The notes under the pieces are model-generated. The model saw only the letters and a program-made list of their open reading frames with translations. It made no database searches and was not told the DNA's origin. A DNA stretch of 64,000 bases from a virus, in IMG/VR virus record IMGVR_UViG_3300025732_000017; one strand, written 5' to 3'. Positions 29,265 through 39,191 of this stretch are shown here, piece after piece (positions within the stretch are counted from its first letter, which is position 1; every line of letters starts with the position of its first letter). A program made the position numbers and the translations under genes.

Positions 29265-29882
29265 TTATATAAACTTTGGTCCAACGACCCATATGACAAT
29301 TGATTTTCTAATTCCTCGTGTCACGGGATTTACTCTATGAATGAGATATGAGGGGAAAAATATGATTCTCCCTCTTTTCATGATTACTTTTTCTGGTTCA
29401 TTTTGATTTCCAACATTTATTTCAAATTCACCACCCTCAAAGTCTTTTTCTGGATCTGATAGACACATAACAACTGATAGTTTTCTCGTCGTATTTGGAG
29501 TGCTTTGACCATGCAATATGTCCATATGCCAGTCATATTTTCCATCCTCGGAAGCGTGATATTCGGTATATTGAATATCACGATATCCGTTTAAATTATA
29601 GTTATAGTAGTTTTCATTTATCGTTGTTATGATTGAATTGAATTTATCAAATATCCAACTTGTGTTTTCATCTTTTGTATAAAAGTGAACTTTTGATTTT
29701 CTTATTTTTTCAAGTTCTTGCTCATCTTGGGTTCCAACAACTGTCGCTTTTTGCAATTCGTTCGAAGAACATATTTCTTCGATTTTTTTTAGTTCATCAT
29801 CATTAAATCCATTATCCCAATAAGCCCATGAATATGTTACATTTGATCTTTCTTCAGGATTGTTGGATAATACTTTGTACAT
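29265..29882 (-). CDS. 2OG-Fe(II) oxygenase (prolyl-hydroxylase/PKHD-like)
   Basis: WHMD (H-x-D), RKLSVV, FEGGEF, FPSY..HRVNPVTRG.RKS motifs. Start reassigned to ATG 29882 after GGAG. Confidence 0.9.
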   Translation of the reverse strand: MYKVLSNNPEERSNVTYSWAYWDNGFNDDELKKIEEICSSNELQKATVVGTQDEQELEKIRKSKVHFYTKDENTSWIFDKFNSIITTINENYYNYNLNGYRDIQYTEYHASEDGKYDWHMDILHGQSTPNTTRKLSVVMCLSDPEKDFEGGEFEINVGNQNEPEKVIMKRGRIIFFPSYLIHRVNPVTRGIRKSIVIWVVGPKFI

Positions 29883-29909
29883 GAAGTTCTCCACATGACA
29901 ATTTTTTCA

Positions 29910-29917
29910 TATAAATA
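29910..29917 (+). promoter_or_regulatory. T4-type late promoter
   Basis: Exact TATAAATA upstream of the 29950 ORF. Confidence 0.75.
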
Positions 29918-29949
29918 TATAGTATATGTACTAGAACACGAGGAAAAAG

Positions 29950-30396
29950 ATGGAAGTCAAGTATCGAATAATTGATGTTGATCCCAATCAGCACTCTATC
30001 ATCGTTAGATATTATACAAATGTATTGACAGAAGATAGTTTGGCCATTTCGTTCAATACCGACGGATCAATTGCAAGAAGAGCAGATGGCTCTCCGCAAA
30101 GATGTCAAACAGACTATCACATCAATATATGGAAAACAGAAACACCGCCAACGGAAGAAGAAATACAAAAGATTGCGAATGATTCCGCTCCATATGACTG
30201 GTTCAAGTTGAAACACGACATTTTGGATCCAAACATAGATACATCTCTATCAAATGTTTCGTCTCTTGTTGGTAAAGAATTTGCAGCAATAAAACCTGTT
30301 ATTGCTATCGTTGAAGAAAAAACAACAGAAGAAAACATTGAAAACGAGATTCAAAAAATAATCGATTCACTAACAGCAAATACATCAAATACCTAA
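29950..30396 (+). CDS. Hypothetical protein
   Basis: 148 aa, GAGG RBS, late promoter upstream. Confidence 0.7.
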   Translation: MEVKYRIIDVDPNQHSIIVRYYTNVLTEDSLAISFNTDGSIARRADGSPQRCQTDYHINIWKTETPPTEEEIQKIANDSAPYDWFKLKHDILDPNIDTSLSNVSSLVGKEFAAIKPVIAIVEEKTTEENIENEIQKIIDSLTANTSNT

Positions 30397-30411
30397 TTAG
30401 TTTTTTTCGTC

Positions 30412-31587
30412 ATGAACAAGAAGTTGGGCTTTTATACTATAGGCACAAGTGTGTTTGAATCCAAGATACAAGCATGTGTTTTGGCAAATAAAGTCTTGAA
30501 AGAAATGAATCAAAGTATTCATCCTTTGAGATTGCTACAGTGGAATTTCAATGATGAAGTATTTGAAGCATATGACTGGACAAAAGAGCCAGAAAAAACT
30601 CTTGACGAATTATACAATGCAAGGGCGCGAGACATTCGTGAAAAATATGATCATGTGATTGTTAGTTATAGTGGAGGTGCTGATAGTCATAACATGCTTA
30701 TGGCTTTTCTAAGACAAGATCTATTTGTCGATGAAATCATAGTCACGCACATGAATAAGGCCATGAATGATTATGCTATAATTGATCCATCCGAAAAATC
30801 AGCAAGGTATGCATATTCATCTGAATATGCTCTTCAAACGATTCCAAGATTAAAAGAAATATCAAATCTTTCTCCACAAACAAAGATAAGAATATTTGAT
30901 GTAAGCGATTCTGTGTTCAACGCATTTGCAAGACATAATGATGAAAGTTGGATCTTTCAAGTCAGGGAAGAATTGAATCCTATAGATGCATCGCGATACA
31001 ATTATCTTCAATTTCCAGAATTCAAGAAGCAGCTTGATCACGACAAGAAAACAGCAATAATTCTTGGTGTTGATAAACCAAAGATTCGCATATTTGAAGA
31101 CACAAAAAAAGTTTGTATGTATTTTAGCGATAGAATGGCAAACATAACACCAATAGGTGAATATGCTAAAGATTATACAAACACGACAATTGAATATTTT
31201 TATTGGTCACCTGATGCATGTGACATGATATGCAAACAAGCACATGTCATCATGAATTGGTTGAGAATAAACACGAAGTTTCAACCTTTTTTTTACAAGA
31301 TGCCAAAGCCCCTTGAAATGGGAAGAATACCTTCCGAGAGAATCATAAGACCCTTGTTATACACAACGTGGAATGGTTCATGGTTTCAAGCCAATAAGGC
31401 AATGTTTGATTGGTATTCTGAGTTTGATTACTGGTTCATAGAAAATCATAGAAACACCATTGAATATTCTTTATGGAAAAAAGGTCTTGCTCATGTCATA
31501 AAAAATTGCGACTTGTACATACAAAATAGACATAGACCCGATGCTTTAATGACTATTGAAAAGCAATATTTTGTTGGTTTGATGTAA
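30412..31587 (+). CDS. PP-loop (adenine nucleotide alpha-hydrolase superfamily) enzyme
   Basis: VIVSYSGGADS PP-loop motif near the N-terminus; ILGVDKP motif; 391 aa. Confidence 0.75.
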   Translation: MNKKLGFYTIGTSVFESKIQACVLANKVLKEMNQSIHPLRLLQWNFNDEVFEAYDWTKEPEKTLDELYNARARDIREKYDHVIVSYSGGADSHNMLMAFLRQDLFVDEIIVTHMNKAMNDYAIIDPSEKSARYAYSSEYALQTIPRLKEISNLSPQTKIRIFDVSDSVFNAFARHNDESWIFQVREELNPIDASRYNYLQFPEFKKQLDHDKKTAIILGVDKPKIRIFEDTKKVCMYFSDRMANITPIGEYAKDYTNTTIEYFYWSPDACDMICKQAHVIMNWLRINTKFQPFFYKMPKPLEMGRIPSERIIRPLLYTTWNGSWFQANKAMFDWYSEFDYWFIENHRNTIEYSLWKKGLAHVIKNCDLYIQNRHRPDALMTIEKQYFVGLM

Positions 31588-31616
31588 AATAGCATTTGTC
31601 TTGTTTTTCTTGATAT

Positions 31617-31624
31617 ACTAAATA
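31617..31624 (+). promoter_or_regulatory. Late-promoter variant
   Basis: ACTAAATA, 17 nt upstream of ATG 31642. Confidence 0.55.
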
Positions 31625-31641
31625 GTCAAAAAGGCACGAAG

Positions 31642-31977
31642 ATGGCATCTTACGCGGAACTAATAGTCGATCAGGGCTCTACTTTTAGCACGATTTTGAC
31701 GCTAACTGACGATACAACCAATTTACCGATTAATGTTTCGGGTTATTCAATCAATGCAAATATCAAGAAATCATATTATTCTGCAAACAATACTGCAGTT
31801 TTCACTTCTGTAATAAATGATGCTGCAAATGGAAATGTAAGTATTTCACTTTCGGCAGACACTTCCTTAAATATAAAGGCAGGTAGATATGTTTATGATG
31901 TAAAAACAACAAGCACGGGAAATGTTGTTACTAGAATTATTGAGGGTATTCTAACGGTAACACCAAGAGTATCATGA
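31642..31977 (+). CDS. Small virion structural protein (beta-sandwich, BppU-N-like)
   Basis: VDQGSTF, GNVSISLSA..S.NIKAGRYVYDV, RIIEG.LTV.P.V motifs. Confidence 0.7.
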   Translation: MASYAELIVDQGSTFSTILTLTDDTTNLPINVSGYSINANIKKSYYSANNTAVFTSVINDAANGNVSISLSADTSLNIKAGRYVYDVKTTSTGNVVTRIIEGILTVTPRVS

Positions 31978-31978
31978 T

Positions 31979-32176
31979 ATGGCAATATCCGTAAAAATAA
32001 ATTCGCAGAATCAACAAAAAGTGAGAACTATCGCACCTGTTGCAGCGGCTACTTTAGTAGGGCTTACCGATATTTCAATTGTAGATTCCGTAAATAATGC
32101 CACAGTTGTATACAATACAAATACATCAAAATATGAAATAAAAGCACTTCCTGTAATATTTGGCGGTACGTTCTAA
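31979..32176 (+). CDS. Small fibre-associated protein
   Basis: 65 aa; L..LTDI..V...N.A..VYN....KY motif; ends IFGGTF; stop overlaps next start. Confidence 0.65.
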   Translation: MAISVKINSQNQQKVRTIAPVAAATLVGLTDISIVDSVNNATVVYNTNTSKYEIKALPVIFGGTF

Positions 32177-33198
32177 TGGCAAATACCACCACTATAATTT
32201 TAAAGAATTCAGGAACTATAGGCAATACACCAACTGCAGCTAATTTACAGTTTGGAGAACTTGCGCTAAACTATGCTGATGGTTTGTTATTTTATAAATC
32301 AGCAAATGGAACAGTTCTTAGCATAAGTGGAAGTGGGGGTGGTGGCGGTACAGGTAATGGTCAGGCTGCATTTGATCAGGCCAACTTAGCATATAATCAA
32401 GCAAATACATCCGCGTTAGTAGCAAACTTAGCATTCGACAAAGCAAATACGGCTAACGTTATTGCTTCTGCAGCATTTGATGCTGCCAATGCTGCTGGTT
32501 CGTCTGCTACAGTTACTGCAGCATTTAACAAAGCAAATAGCGCAAACATAATTGCAGATGCTTCTTTTGCTCGCGCTAACGCAGCTAACTTGATTGCCAA
32601 TCTTGCATTCGACAAAGCAAATACGGCTAACGTTATTGCTTCTGCAGCATTTGATGCAGCCAATGCTGCTGGTTCACCTGCTGTAGTTGCTGCAGCATTT
32701 GATAAAGCAAATACAGCAAACATAATTGCAGATGCTTCTTTTGCAAAAGCAAATGCAGTAAACTTGATTGCTAATCTAGCATTTGACAAAGCAAACACAG
32801 CCAACATAATTGCAAATGCTTCCTTTGCTCGCGCTAACGCAGCTAACTTGATCGCAAATCTTGCATTTGACAAAGCAAATACAGCTAACGTATTTGCAGT
32901 TTCGGCATTTGCGGCACAAAACGTCACATCTGGTGTAGCAAATGCAGCATTCAATGCAGCAAACACTATGGTGATGAAGACTGGTAACACCATGACTGGA
33001 CAACTGGTCATGGCTGTTGGAGTACCTTCAACATCACAAAATACAGGTTCAATAATTATAAATGGTGGACTTGGTTTATCTGGAAATGTCTATGTAAGTA
33101 ATTCATCATACTATGGATTTGCAAACACATCAAACGTTTCTGTTGCAAAAATTCAATACAATGCTGCTTGTAATTCTATTGACTTTGTGTTTGGCTAA
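32176..33198 (+). CDS. Tail fibre with a gp37-N-like domain and AFDKAN coiled-coil repeats
   Basis: IILKNS...P....L..GELALNYADG.LFYK resembles the T4 gp37 N-terminus; 14/16-aa Ala-rich repeats; ends IDFVFG. Confidence 0.75.
   Translation: MANTTTIILKNSGTIGNTPTAANLQFGELALNYADGLLFYKSANGTVLSISGSGGGGGTGNGQAAFDQANLAYNQANTSALVANLAFDKANTANVIASAAFDAANAAGSSATVTAAFNKANSANIIADASFARANAANLIANLAFDKANTANVIASAAFDAANAAGSPAVVAAAFDKANTANIIADASFAKANAVNLIANLAFDKANTANIIANASFARANAANLIANLAFDKANTANVFAVSAFAAQNVTSGVANAAFNAANTMVMKTGNTMTGQLVMAVGVPSTSQNTGSIIINGGLGLSGNVYVSNSSYYGFANTSNVSVAKIQYNAACNSIDFVFG
32431..32657 (+). repeat. Exact 53-nt direct repeat, period 174 nt (32431-32483 and 32605-32657)
   Basis: gcattcgacaaagcaaatacggctaacgttattgcttctgcagcatttgatgc occurs twice. 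Confidence 0.9.
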
Positions 33199-34199
33199 TG
33201 TCAGTAAATGCAAGATTATTCAACACGGGTGTTTTTAATTCAAACACATACTTTGATGAGATAACATCTACAGGTAAGTTTCAAGTTACTACAGCTGCAT
33301 CTCTCGCGTCTACATTTGATGAAATCTCTTCTATAGATGTTCCACTAAGAGTTTTGGGGGATGGTATATTGACATCAAATAATTATTTTGATGAGATAAA
33401 TGTCATTACTAACCCTGTTCCTATAGCAATTACTGATTCTCCATATTTGGTTCTTGAAACTGTAGCAACTTATCTTAGAGACTACTTAAGCACAAGTTTA
33501 AGAACTCCAAACTTCAATGCATATAGTCTTGATGGACCATCATCGTTTACAACATATGAAATTAGTCCATATTTTATTCTTGATGGTGGTGGTGACATGT
33601 TTGATAGTGGAAATTATACTGCACCATGGCTATATTCAAACACAAATTATACCTCAAGTTCAGCAATTCCTACCAATTTGTGTATAAACTACGGTAATAC
33701 AAAATCAAACATTACTGATACTAATTTTTACTACACAAGTTTGGGATATTCGAATACCGCCAGACCTCTGACAGTTATTGGTGCTAGAAGCAACACCGGT
33801 TCTCCTGTGGGATTTCAAAAAGCAGGAAATAGTGGTGCGGATGGTGCCGGCCTAAGAGCAAACGGTGAAATTTATGCGGGCAATACAGTAAACGGATTTA
33901 CTGTATATGCAACATATACACAGAGTTATAATACAACTGATCCTATCGTTTGTGATGTTTTTATTCTTTTAGGTCATTCATATTGGAACTCTACATTTGA
34001 TAAAATTAGAAGAATTGAAGTTTCGGGTACTGGTGCTCAAAGTGGAGCACTTGTTGCTTTTGGAGCAAACACAGCAAACGTTATGGCTATCACGACATTG
34101 ATTTCAAAGCCGGCAACTACACAAATACCAGTTGGCGACATACAAAATCTAGTAAATACTTACACTACTCTTGTTGGACAATCGCTAAACTTTTTCTAA
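33198..34199 (+). CDS. Putative fibre-tip / virion protein
   Basis: 333 aa; three N-terminal FDEI motifs, then an Asn/Thr/Tyr-rich beta domain. Confidence 0.6.
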   Translation: MSVNARLFNTGVFNSNTYFDEITSTGKFQVTTAASLASTFDEISSIDVPLRVLGDGILTSNNYFDEINVITNPVPIAITDSPYLVLETVATYLRDYLSTSLRTPNFNAYSLDGPSSFTTYEISPYFILDGGGDMFDSGNYTAPWLYSNTNYTSSSAIPTNLCINYGNTKSNITDTNFYYTSLGYSNTARPLTVIGARSNTGSPVGFQKAGNSGADGAGLRANGEIYAGNTVNGFTVYATYTQSYNTTDPIVCDVFILLGHSYWNSTFDKIRRIEVSGTGAQSGALVAFGANTANVMAITTLISKPATTQIPVGDIQNLVNTYTTLVGQSLNFF

Positions 34200-34230
34200 T
34201 AAATAGTAAAAATATTTTTTGGGCAAATAA

Positions 34231-37200
34231 ATGGCATTACTTAAAGACGGCACGCGAATATTTGGTACGTTGAATGTAAACACCGAAATTGTGGTAAGCA
34301 ATACATCTATTCTTGCTACAGTAAATAGTGTTTTTATTCTTGCGAATAATACAAATACAATCACAATTTCTTCATTTTCAAAAGCAAACTCCGCCTTTGA
34401 TATTGGCAATGCTGCGTTTAATCAAGCAAACACATCTTATAATGTTTCAAATTCAGCTTTTGACAAGGCAAATGTATCGACCAGCATTGCAAGCGCAGCT
34501 TTTAACGCTGCCAATTCGGCATCCGGCGGTAGCATAACTGATGCATATGATCAAGCAAATACGGCAAGAAATCAAGCCAACGCGGCATATGATGCCGCAA
34601 ATAATTTTAGCGCAATAACATCATCATCTTTCGACAAGGCAAATAGCGCAATCACAGTTGCAATATCATCATATGATTATGCAAATACCAGATTATCAGC
34701 CAATGGTGGTACAATATTTGGTAGTTTGATTGTTTCTGGTAATCTTACTATTTCTGGAAATACAGTATTCAATAATGTTCAATCATATAGAATTGATGAC
34801 CCATTAATTTATCTTGCAGCGAACAACTATACAGCAGATCTAGTAGATATAGGATTTATTGCAAATTATGTAAATACGACAGGATCTAATGTTCATACTG
34901 GTTTGATGCGTGATGCCGGATCTAAAGAATACTATCTATTTCAGGGATACGATCAAGAACCCCAAAATAATCATATAGATCCTTCAGGTAATAATTTTAC
35001 GATTGCATTCCTAAATGCAAATGTTCGTTCAACTAATATTATATTAAATGGAATAAATGTTTCTAGTATATTGATATCTTCATATGATCAAGCAAACATA
35101 GCAAGATCACATGCAAATGCTGCTTTTGTAAATTCAAACTCTTCTGGTATAATTGCTTCAGCATCATTTGATCAGGCTAATGTATCAAGAACACACGCCA
35201 ATGGTGCATTTGGTCAAGCCAACGTAACTGCTGCCATAGCAAACGCGGCATTTGATAAGGCCAATTTAGCGTCAACAATTGCATCCGCATCATATGATCA
35301 AGCAAATACAGCTTCGTTAGCATTTAATAAAGCAAATGATTCATCTTTAATTTCTTCTTCCGCATTTAATCAAGCCAATACCGCAAGAGATCAATCAAAC
35401 ACTTTTTCAATTGTTGCTCAAGCAGCATTTAATCAAGCAAATACTGATCTTTTAATTGCTAATCTTGCGTTCGATAAAGCAAATAGTGCAAGTGTTATAA
35501 GTAGTGCTGCATTTGGTCAAGCCAATACGGCAACAGATAACGCCGCAGGTTCATTAATTGTTGCCATAGCTGCTTTTGACAAAGCAAATCTGGCTTCGGC
35601 TAATGCGGGTACCGAATTAGCAACTGCAGCGTACAATCAAGCCAATACTGCAAGATTACACGCCAATGGTGCATTTGCAAATGCAAATAGTGCTGGAATT
35701 ATTGCGTCGGCAGCTTTTGATGCTGCTAATGCTGCTGGTTCATCTGCTACAGTTGCTGCAGCATTTGATAAAGCAAATAGTGCAAATATTATTGCGTCGG
35801 CAGCTTTTGATGCTGCTAATGCTGCTGGTTCATCTGCTACAGTTGCTGCAGCATTTGATAAAGCAAATAGTGCAAATATTATTGCGTCTAATGCATATGA
35901 TAAAGCAAATACGGTCAATACAACTGCAGATTCGGCTTATGCACAATCAAATACTGCAAGATCACACGCCAATGGTGCATTTGCAAATGCAAATAGTGCT
36001 GGAATTATTGCGTCGGCAGCTTTTGATGCAGCCAATACTTCATCAACAATTGCATATGCATCATTTGATCAGGCTAATGTATCAAGATCACACGCGAATG
36101 GTGCATTTGGTCAAGCCAATGTAACTGCTGCCATAGCAAACGCGGCATTTGATAAATCTAACGCAGCATCCACGATAGGATCAGCCGCATTTGATCAAGC
36201 AAATACAGCCAGAAATTTAGCAAATACGTCTACTGTTAATGGCGGTGCGTCATTTGATCAAGCAAATACGGCAAGAGATCAAGCAAATGCTGCATCCACG
36301 ATAGGATCAGCCGCATTTGATCAAGCAAATACAGCAAGAACACACGCCAATGGTGCATTTGGTCAAGCCAACGTAACTGCTGCCATAGCAAATGCTGCAT
36401 TTGACAAGGCTAATTCTGGATCAACAATTGCATCTGCATCATTCGATCAAGCAAATACAGCAAGAGATTTGGCAAATACATCGACAGTAAATGGTGGTGC
36501 ATCATATGATCAGGCTAATACAGCCAGAGATCAAGCCAATACAGCAAGAACACATGCAAACTCAGCATTTGACAAGGCTAATTCTGGGTCAACAATTTCA
36601 TCTGCATCATATGATCAAGCAAATACAGCAAGAACACATGCTAATGGTGCATTTGGTCAAGCCAATGTAACTGCTGCCATAGCAAATGCAGCATTTGATC
36701 AAGCCAACACAGCTAGAACACAAGCCAACACAGCTAGAACACATGCCAATGGTGCATTTGGTCAAGCCAATGTAACTGCTGCTATAGCAAACGCGGCATT
36801 TAACAAAGCCAATACTGCAAATACAATTGCTGTCTTGGCATATGATCATGCTAATATAAAATTAAATATTAGCGGTGGCATAATTACTGGCGATTTAACT
36901 GTTTCTGGTAATCTTACTATTTCTGGAAATACAGTATTCAACAACGTTACGACGTATCGCATTGATGATCCATTAATTTATCTTGCGGCAAACAACTATA
37001 CAGCAGATCTAGTAGATATAGGATTTATTGCAAATTATGTAAATACGACAGGATCTAATGTTCATACTGGTTTGATGCGTGATGCTGGATCCAAGGAATA
37101 TTATCTATTTTTTGGATATGATAAAGAACCAGAAAACAATCATATAGATCCTAATGCAAACAATTTTACCATTGCATTCCTAAATGCAAATGTTCGTTCA

Positions 37201-38031
37201 ACTAATATCATACTTAATAATACACCAGTATCAAGTTGGATAAAATCATCATATGATCAAGCAAATACGGCAAGAGATTTAGGAAATACATCTACTATAA
37301 ACGGTGGTGCATCATACGATCAAGCAAATACAGCAAGAACACACGCCAATGGTGCATTTGGTCAAGCCAATGTAACTGCTGCTATAGCAAATGCAGCATT
37401 TGATAAGGCCAATTTAGCGTCAACAATTGCATCTGCATCATTTGATCAAGCAAATACAGCAAGAACACATGCTAATGGTGCATTTGGTCAAGCCAATGTA
37501 ACTGCTGCTATAGCAAACGCGGCATTTGATAAGGCTAATTCTGGATCAACAATTGCATCTGCATCATACGATCAAGCAAATACAGCAAGAACACACGCCA
37601 ATGGTGCATTTGGTCAAGCCAATCTAGCATTTGATCGTGCAAATACGGCTAATCTACTTCCAGTTCAGAAGTCGGGTACTATAATTGGAACTAGAAATGC
37701 CCTAAACTTTATTGAAGGCGGAAATGTAACGTTAACGATTACTGATGATAGTATCGGCAATAGGATCAATGTTACAGTAGCAGCTGCCGGTGGTGGCGGA
37801 ACTTCTACAAATTCTGTCGTGTTTATTTCGGATACGGCACCAAGTGATGTTGCAAACGGAACACTATGGTGGAATTCAGATGATGGCTCACTATATATTA
37901 AATATCCAGATAGTAATAGCACTCAATGGGTTGTTACGTCTTCTGGTGGTGATGGTGGTGGCGGTAGCAGTGGTGGCGGTGGAGTCACTACAGGTAAAGC
38001 AATAGCAATGGCAATAGTTTTCGGAGGATAA
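34231..38031 (+). CDS. Long tail fibre: Ala-rich AFDKAN/AFGQAN coiled-coil shaft with a duplicated globular domain
   Basis: 1266 aa with dozens of (A/S)(F/Y)(D/G)(K/Q)AN repeats and two copies of RIDDPLIYLAANNY..HTGLMRDAGSKEYYLF; ends GKAIAMAIVFGG. Confidence 0.85.
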   Translation: MALLKDGTRIFGTLNVNTEIVVSNTSILATVNSVFILANNTNTITISSFSKANSAFDIGNAAFNQANTSYNVSNSAFDKANVSTSIASAAFNAANSASGGSITDAYDQANTARNQANAAYDAANNFSAITSSSFDKANSAITVAISSYDYANTRLSANGGTIFGSLIVSGNLTISGNTVFNNVQSYRIDDPLIYLAANNYTADLVDIGFIANYVNTTGSNVHTGLMRDAGSKEYYLFQGYDQEPQNNHIDPSGNNFTIAFLNANVRSTNIILNGINVSSILISSYDQANIARSHANAAFVNSNSSGIIASASFDQANVSRTHANGAFGQANVTAAIANAAFDKANLASTIASASYDQANTASLAFNKANDSSLISSSAFNQANTARDQSNTFSIVAQAAFNQANTDLLIANLAFDKANSASVISSAAFGQANTATDNAAGSLIVAIAAFDKANLASANAGTELATAAYNQANTARLHANGAFANANSAGIIASAAFDAANAAGSSATVAAAFDKANSANIIASAAFDAANAAGSSATVAAAFDKANSANIIASNAYDKANTVNTTADSAYAQSNTARSHANGAFANANSAGIIASAAFDAANTSSTIAYASFDQANVSRSHANGAFGQANVTAAIANAAFDKSNAASTIGSAAFDQANTARNLANTSTVNGGASFDQANTARDQANAASTIGSAAFDQANTARTHANGAFGQANVTAAIANAAFDKANSGSTIASASFDQANTARDLANTSTVNGGASYDQANTARDQANTARTHANSAFDKANSGSTISSASYDQANTARTHANGAFGQANVTAAIANAAFDQANTARTQANTARTHANGAFGQANVTAAIANAAFNKANTANTIAVLAYDHANIKLNISGGIITGDLTVSGNLTISGNTVFNNVTTYRIDDPLIYLAANNYTADLVDIGFIANYVNTTGSNVHTGLMRDAGSKEYYLFFGYDKEPENNHIDPNANNFTIAFLNANVRSTNIILNNTPVSSWIKSSYDQANTARDLGNTSTINGGASYDQANTARTHANGAFGQANVTAAIANAAFDKANLASTIASASFDQANTARTHANGAFGQANVTAAIANAAFDKANSGSTIASASYDQANTARTHANGAFGQANLAFDRANTANLLPVQKSGTIIGTRNALNFIEGGNVTLTITDDSIGNRINVTVAAAGGGGTSTNSVVFISDTAPSDVANGTLWWNSDDGSLYIKYPDSNSTQWVVTSSGGDGGGGSSGGGGVTTGKAIAMAIVFGG
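34732..37208 (+). repeat. Duplicated ~310-nt domain (34732-35039 and 36901-37208) with a 95-nt exact core (34822-34916 = 36991-37085)
   Basis: Direct visual alignment of the two copies. Confidence 0.92.
35698..35888 (+). repeat. Perfect 90-bp tandem repeat (~2.1 copies)
   Basis: 35701-35790 is identical to 35791-35880; encodes IASAAFDAANAAGSSATVAAAFDKANSANI. Confidence 0.95.
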
Positions 38032-38034
38032 TAT

Positions 38035-38394
38035 ATGGCGGCGCCAAATATAGTAAATGTAGCAACAATAAATGGTAAAACTGCGGTGGCTAATGTGTCT
38101 ACTATTGCAGCCGATATTGTAACCAATTCTGCTGCCAGTGGTAAAGTTTTCAAGATAAATTCATTGGTTGTTTCAAACATTGATGGTTCAGCAGCTGCGG
38201 ATATAACTGCAAGTGTATACAGATCTACTGTAGAATATAAACTTGCACACACAATTGCAGTACCAGCTGATGCTGCATTGGTTGTAATATCTAAAGACAC
38301 ATCAATTTATTTGGAAGAAGGTGATTCAATTAGATTAACTGCTAGTGCAAATGGTGATTTGCAAGCTGTATGTTCTTATGAGGAAATTAGCTGA
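38035..38394 (+). CDS. Small fibre adaptor protein
   Basis: MAAPNIVNVATING..KINSLVVSN.DG..IAVPADA.LVV..IYLEEGD..CSYEEI; follows the fibre ending IAMAIVFGG. Confidence 0.7.
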   Translation: MAAPNIVNVATINGKTAVANVSTIAADIVTNSAASGKVFKINSLVVSNIDGSAAADITASVYRSTVEYKLAHTIAVPADAALVVISKDTSIYLEEGDSIRLTASANGDLQAVCSYEEIS

Positions 38395-39182
38395 TGCGTA
38401 ATAACTCAGGAATTATTGGTTCAAGACAAACTCCTTCTACATCTGCTGCTTCTGGTTTTTTTTCTTTAATTGATCAACAGGTAATTCGTGGCGCAGGGCT
38501 TTGGCCGTCAGCGCCGTCACAAGATCCTGCATACAGCATTTTTTTTGATGGTACTGCCGATTGGATAGAATTTCCGGCATCAGGTGATTTTGCTAAAGAT
38601 ACTTTTTTTGGTTCGGGAAAAACATTTACTATTGAAACCTGGATCTACCCTACGTCTTTGGTTACTGCAACAAATTATGCTAGCATAGTACTTGGAGATG
38701 GAGCCCCTACCAGTTTTCAAATGTGTTGGAGTGTAGGCATGAGTGATGCCAGAAAACCACATTTTTTCTGGTATGATGGTAGTTCTAGATCTGCATCTGT
38801 TAGCACAGCACTTACTTTAAACACCTGGACACATTTGGCTTGGGTGGCATCGGCGGGTTCGGTATCTATCTACGTCAATGGAGTTAGCCAGGCTCTTACG
38901 GGAACTACATCATTAACCAATGCCAGTGAAACTATAAAAATGGAGATTGGTGTAGATCGTAGCCAAACTTGGGCCGGGTATCTATCCAATCTGCGAGCTG
39001 TCAGAGGAACTGCAATATATACCAGTAATTTTACACCACCAACTACAACTCTTCAAGCAGTAACAGGTACTTCATTACTATTAGGAACAACTAATTCGTT
39101 AACTGACGCAAGTTCACCACCAAAAACGCTTACGATTCAGGGTCAGGTTGCCATTTCAGCAAATGTTGTTCCATGGGTTTAG
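38394..39182 (+). CDS. LamG/concanavalin-A-like fibre-tip protein
   Basis: FDGTADW, FTIETWIYP, WTHLAWV, IYVNGV, GYLSNLR.V.GTA.YTSNFTPPT motifs. Confidence 0.85.
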   Translation: MRNNSGIIGSRQTPSTSAASGFFSLIDQQVIRGAGLWPSAPSQDPAYSIFFDGTADWIEFPASGDFAKDTFFGSGKTFTIETWIYPTSLVTATNYASIVLGDGAPTSFQMCWSVGMSDARKPHFFWYDGSSRSASVSTALTLNTWTHLAWVASAGSVSIYVNGVSQALTGTTSLTNASETIKMEIGVDRSQTWAGYLSNLRAVRGTAIYTSNFTPPTTTLQAVTGTSLLLGTTNSLTDASSPPKTLTIQGQVAISANVVPWV

Positions 39183-39191
39183 GAGTAAAAA

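Noticed and set aside
29921-29960. Sigma70 promoter for the minus-strand oxygenase (TTGACT...TATACT)
   Set aside because: Spacer is 28 nt, far from 16-18, and there is no extended -10.
32400-37650. CRISPR-like or non-coding repeat array
   Set aside because: Repeats are in-frame, degenerate at wobble positions and have no unique spacers; they are protein repeats.
26420-38300. Long antisense/alternate-frame ORFs (e.g. 32397-33011, 35637-35918, 35666-36124, 26420-26740, 37923-38300)
   Set aside because: Shadows of low-complexity Ala/Asn codons; no RBS or promoter and no recognisable motifs.
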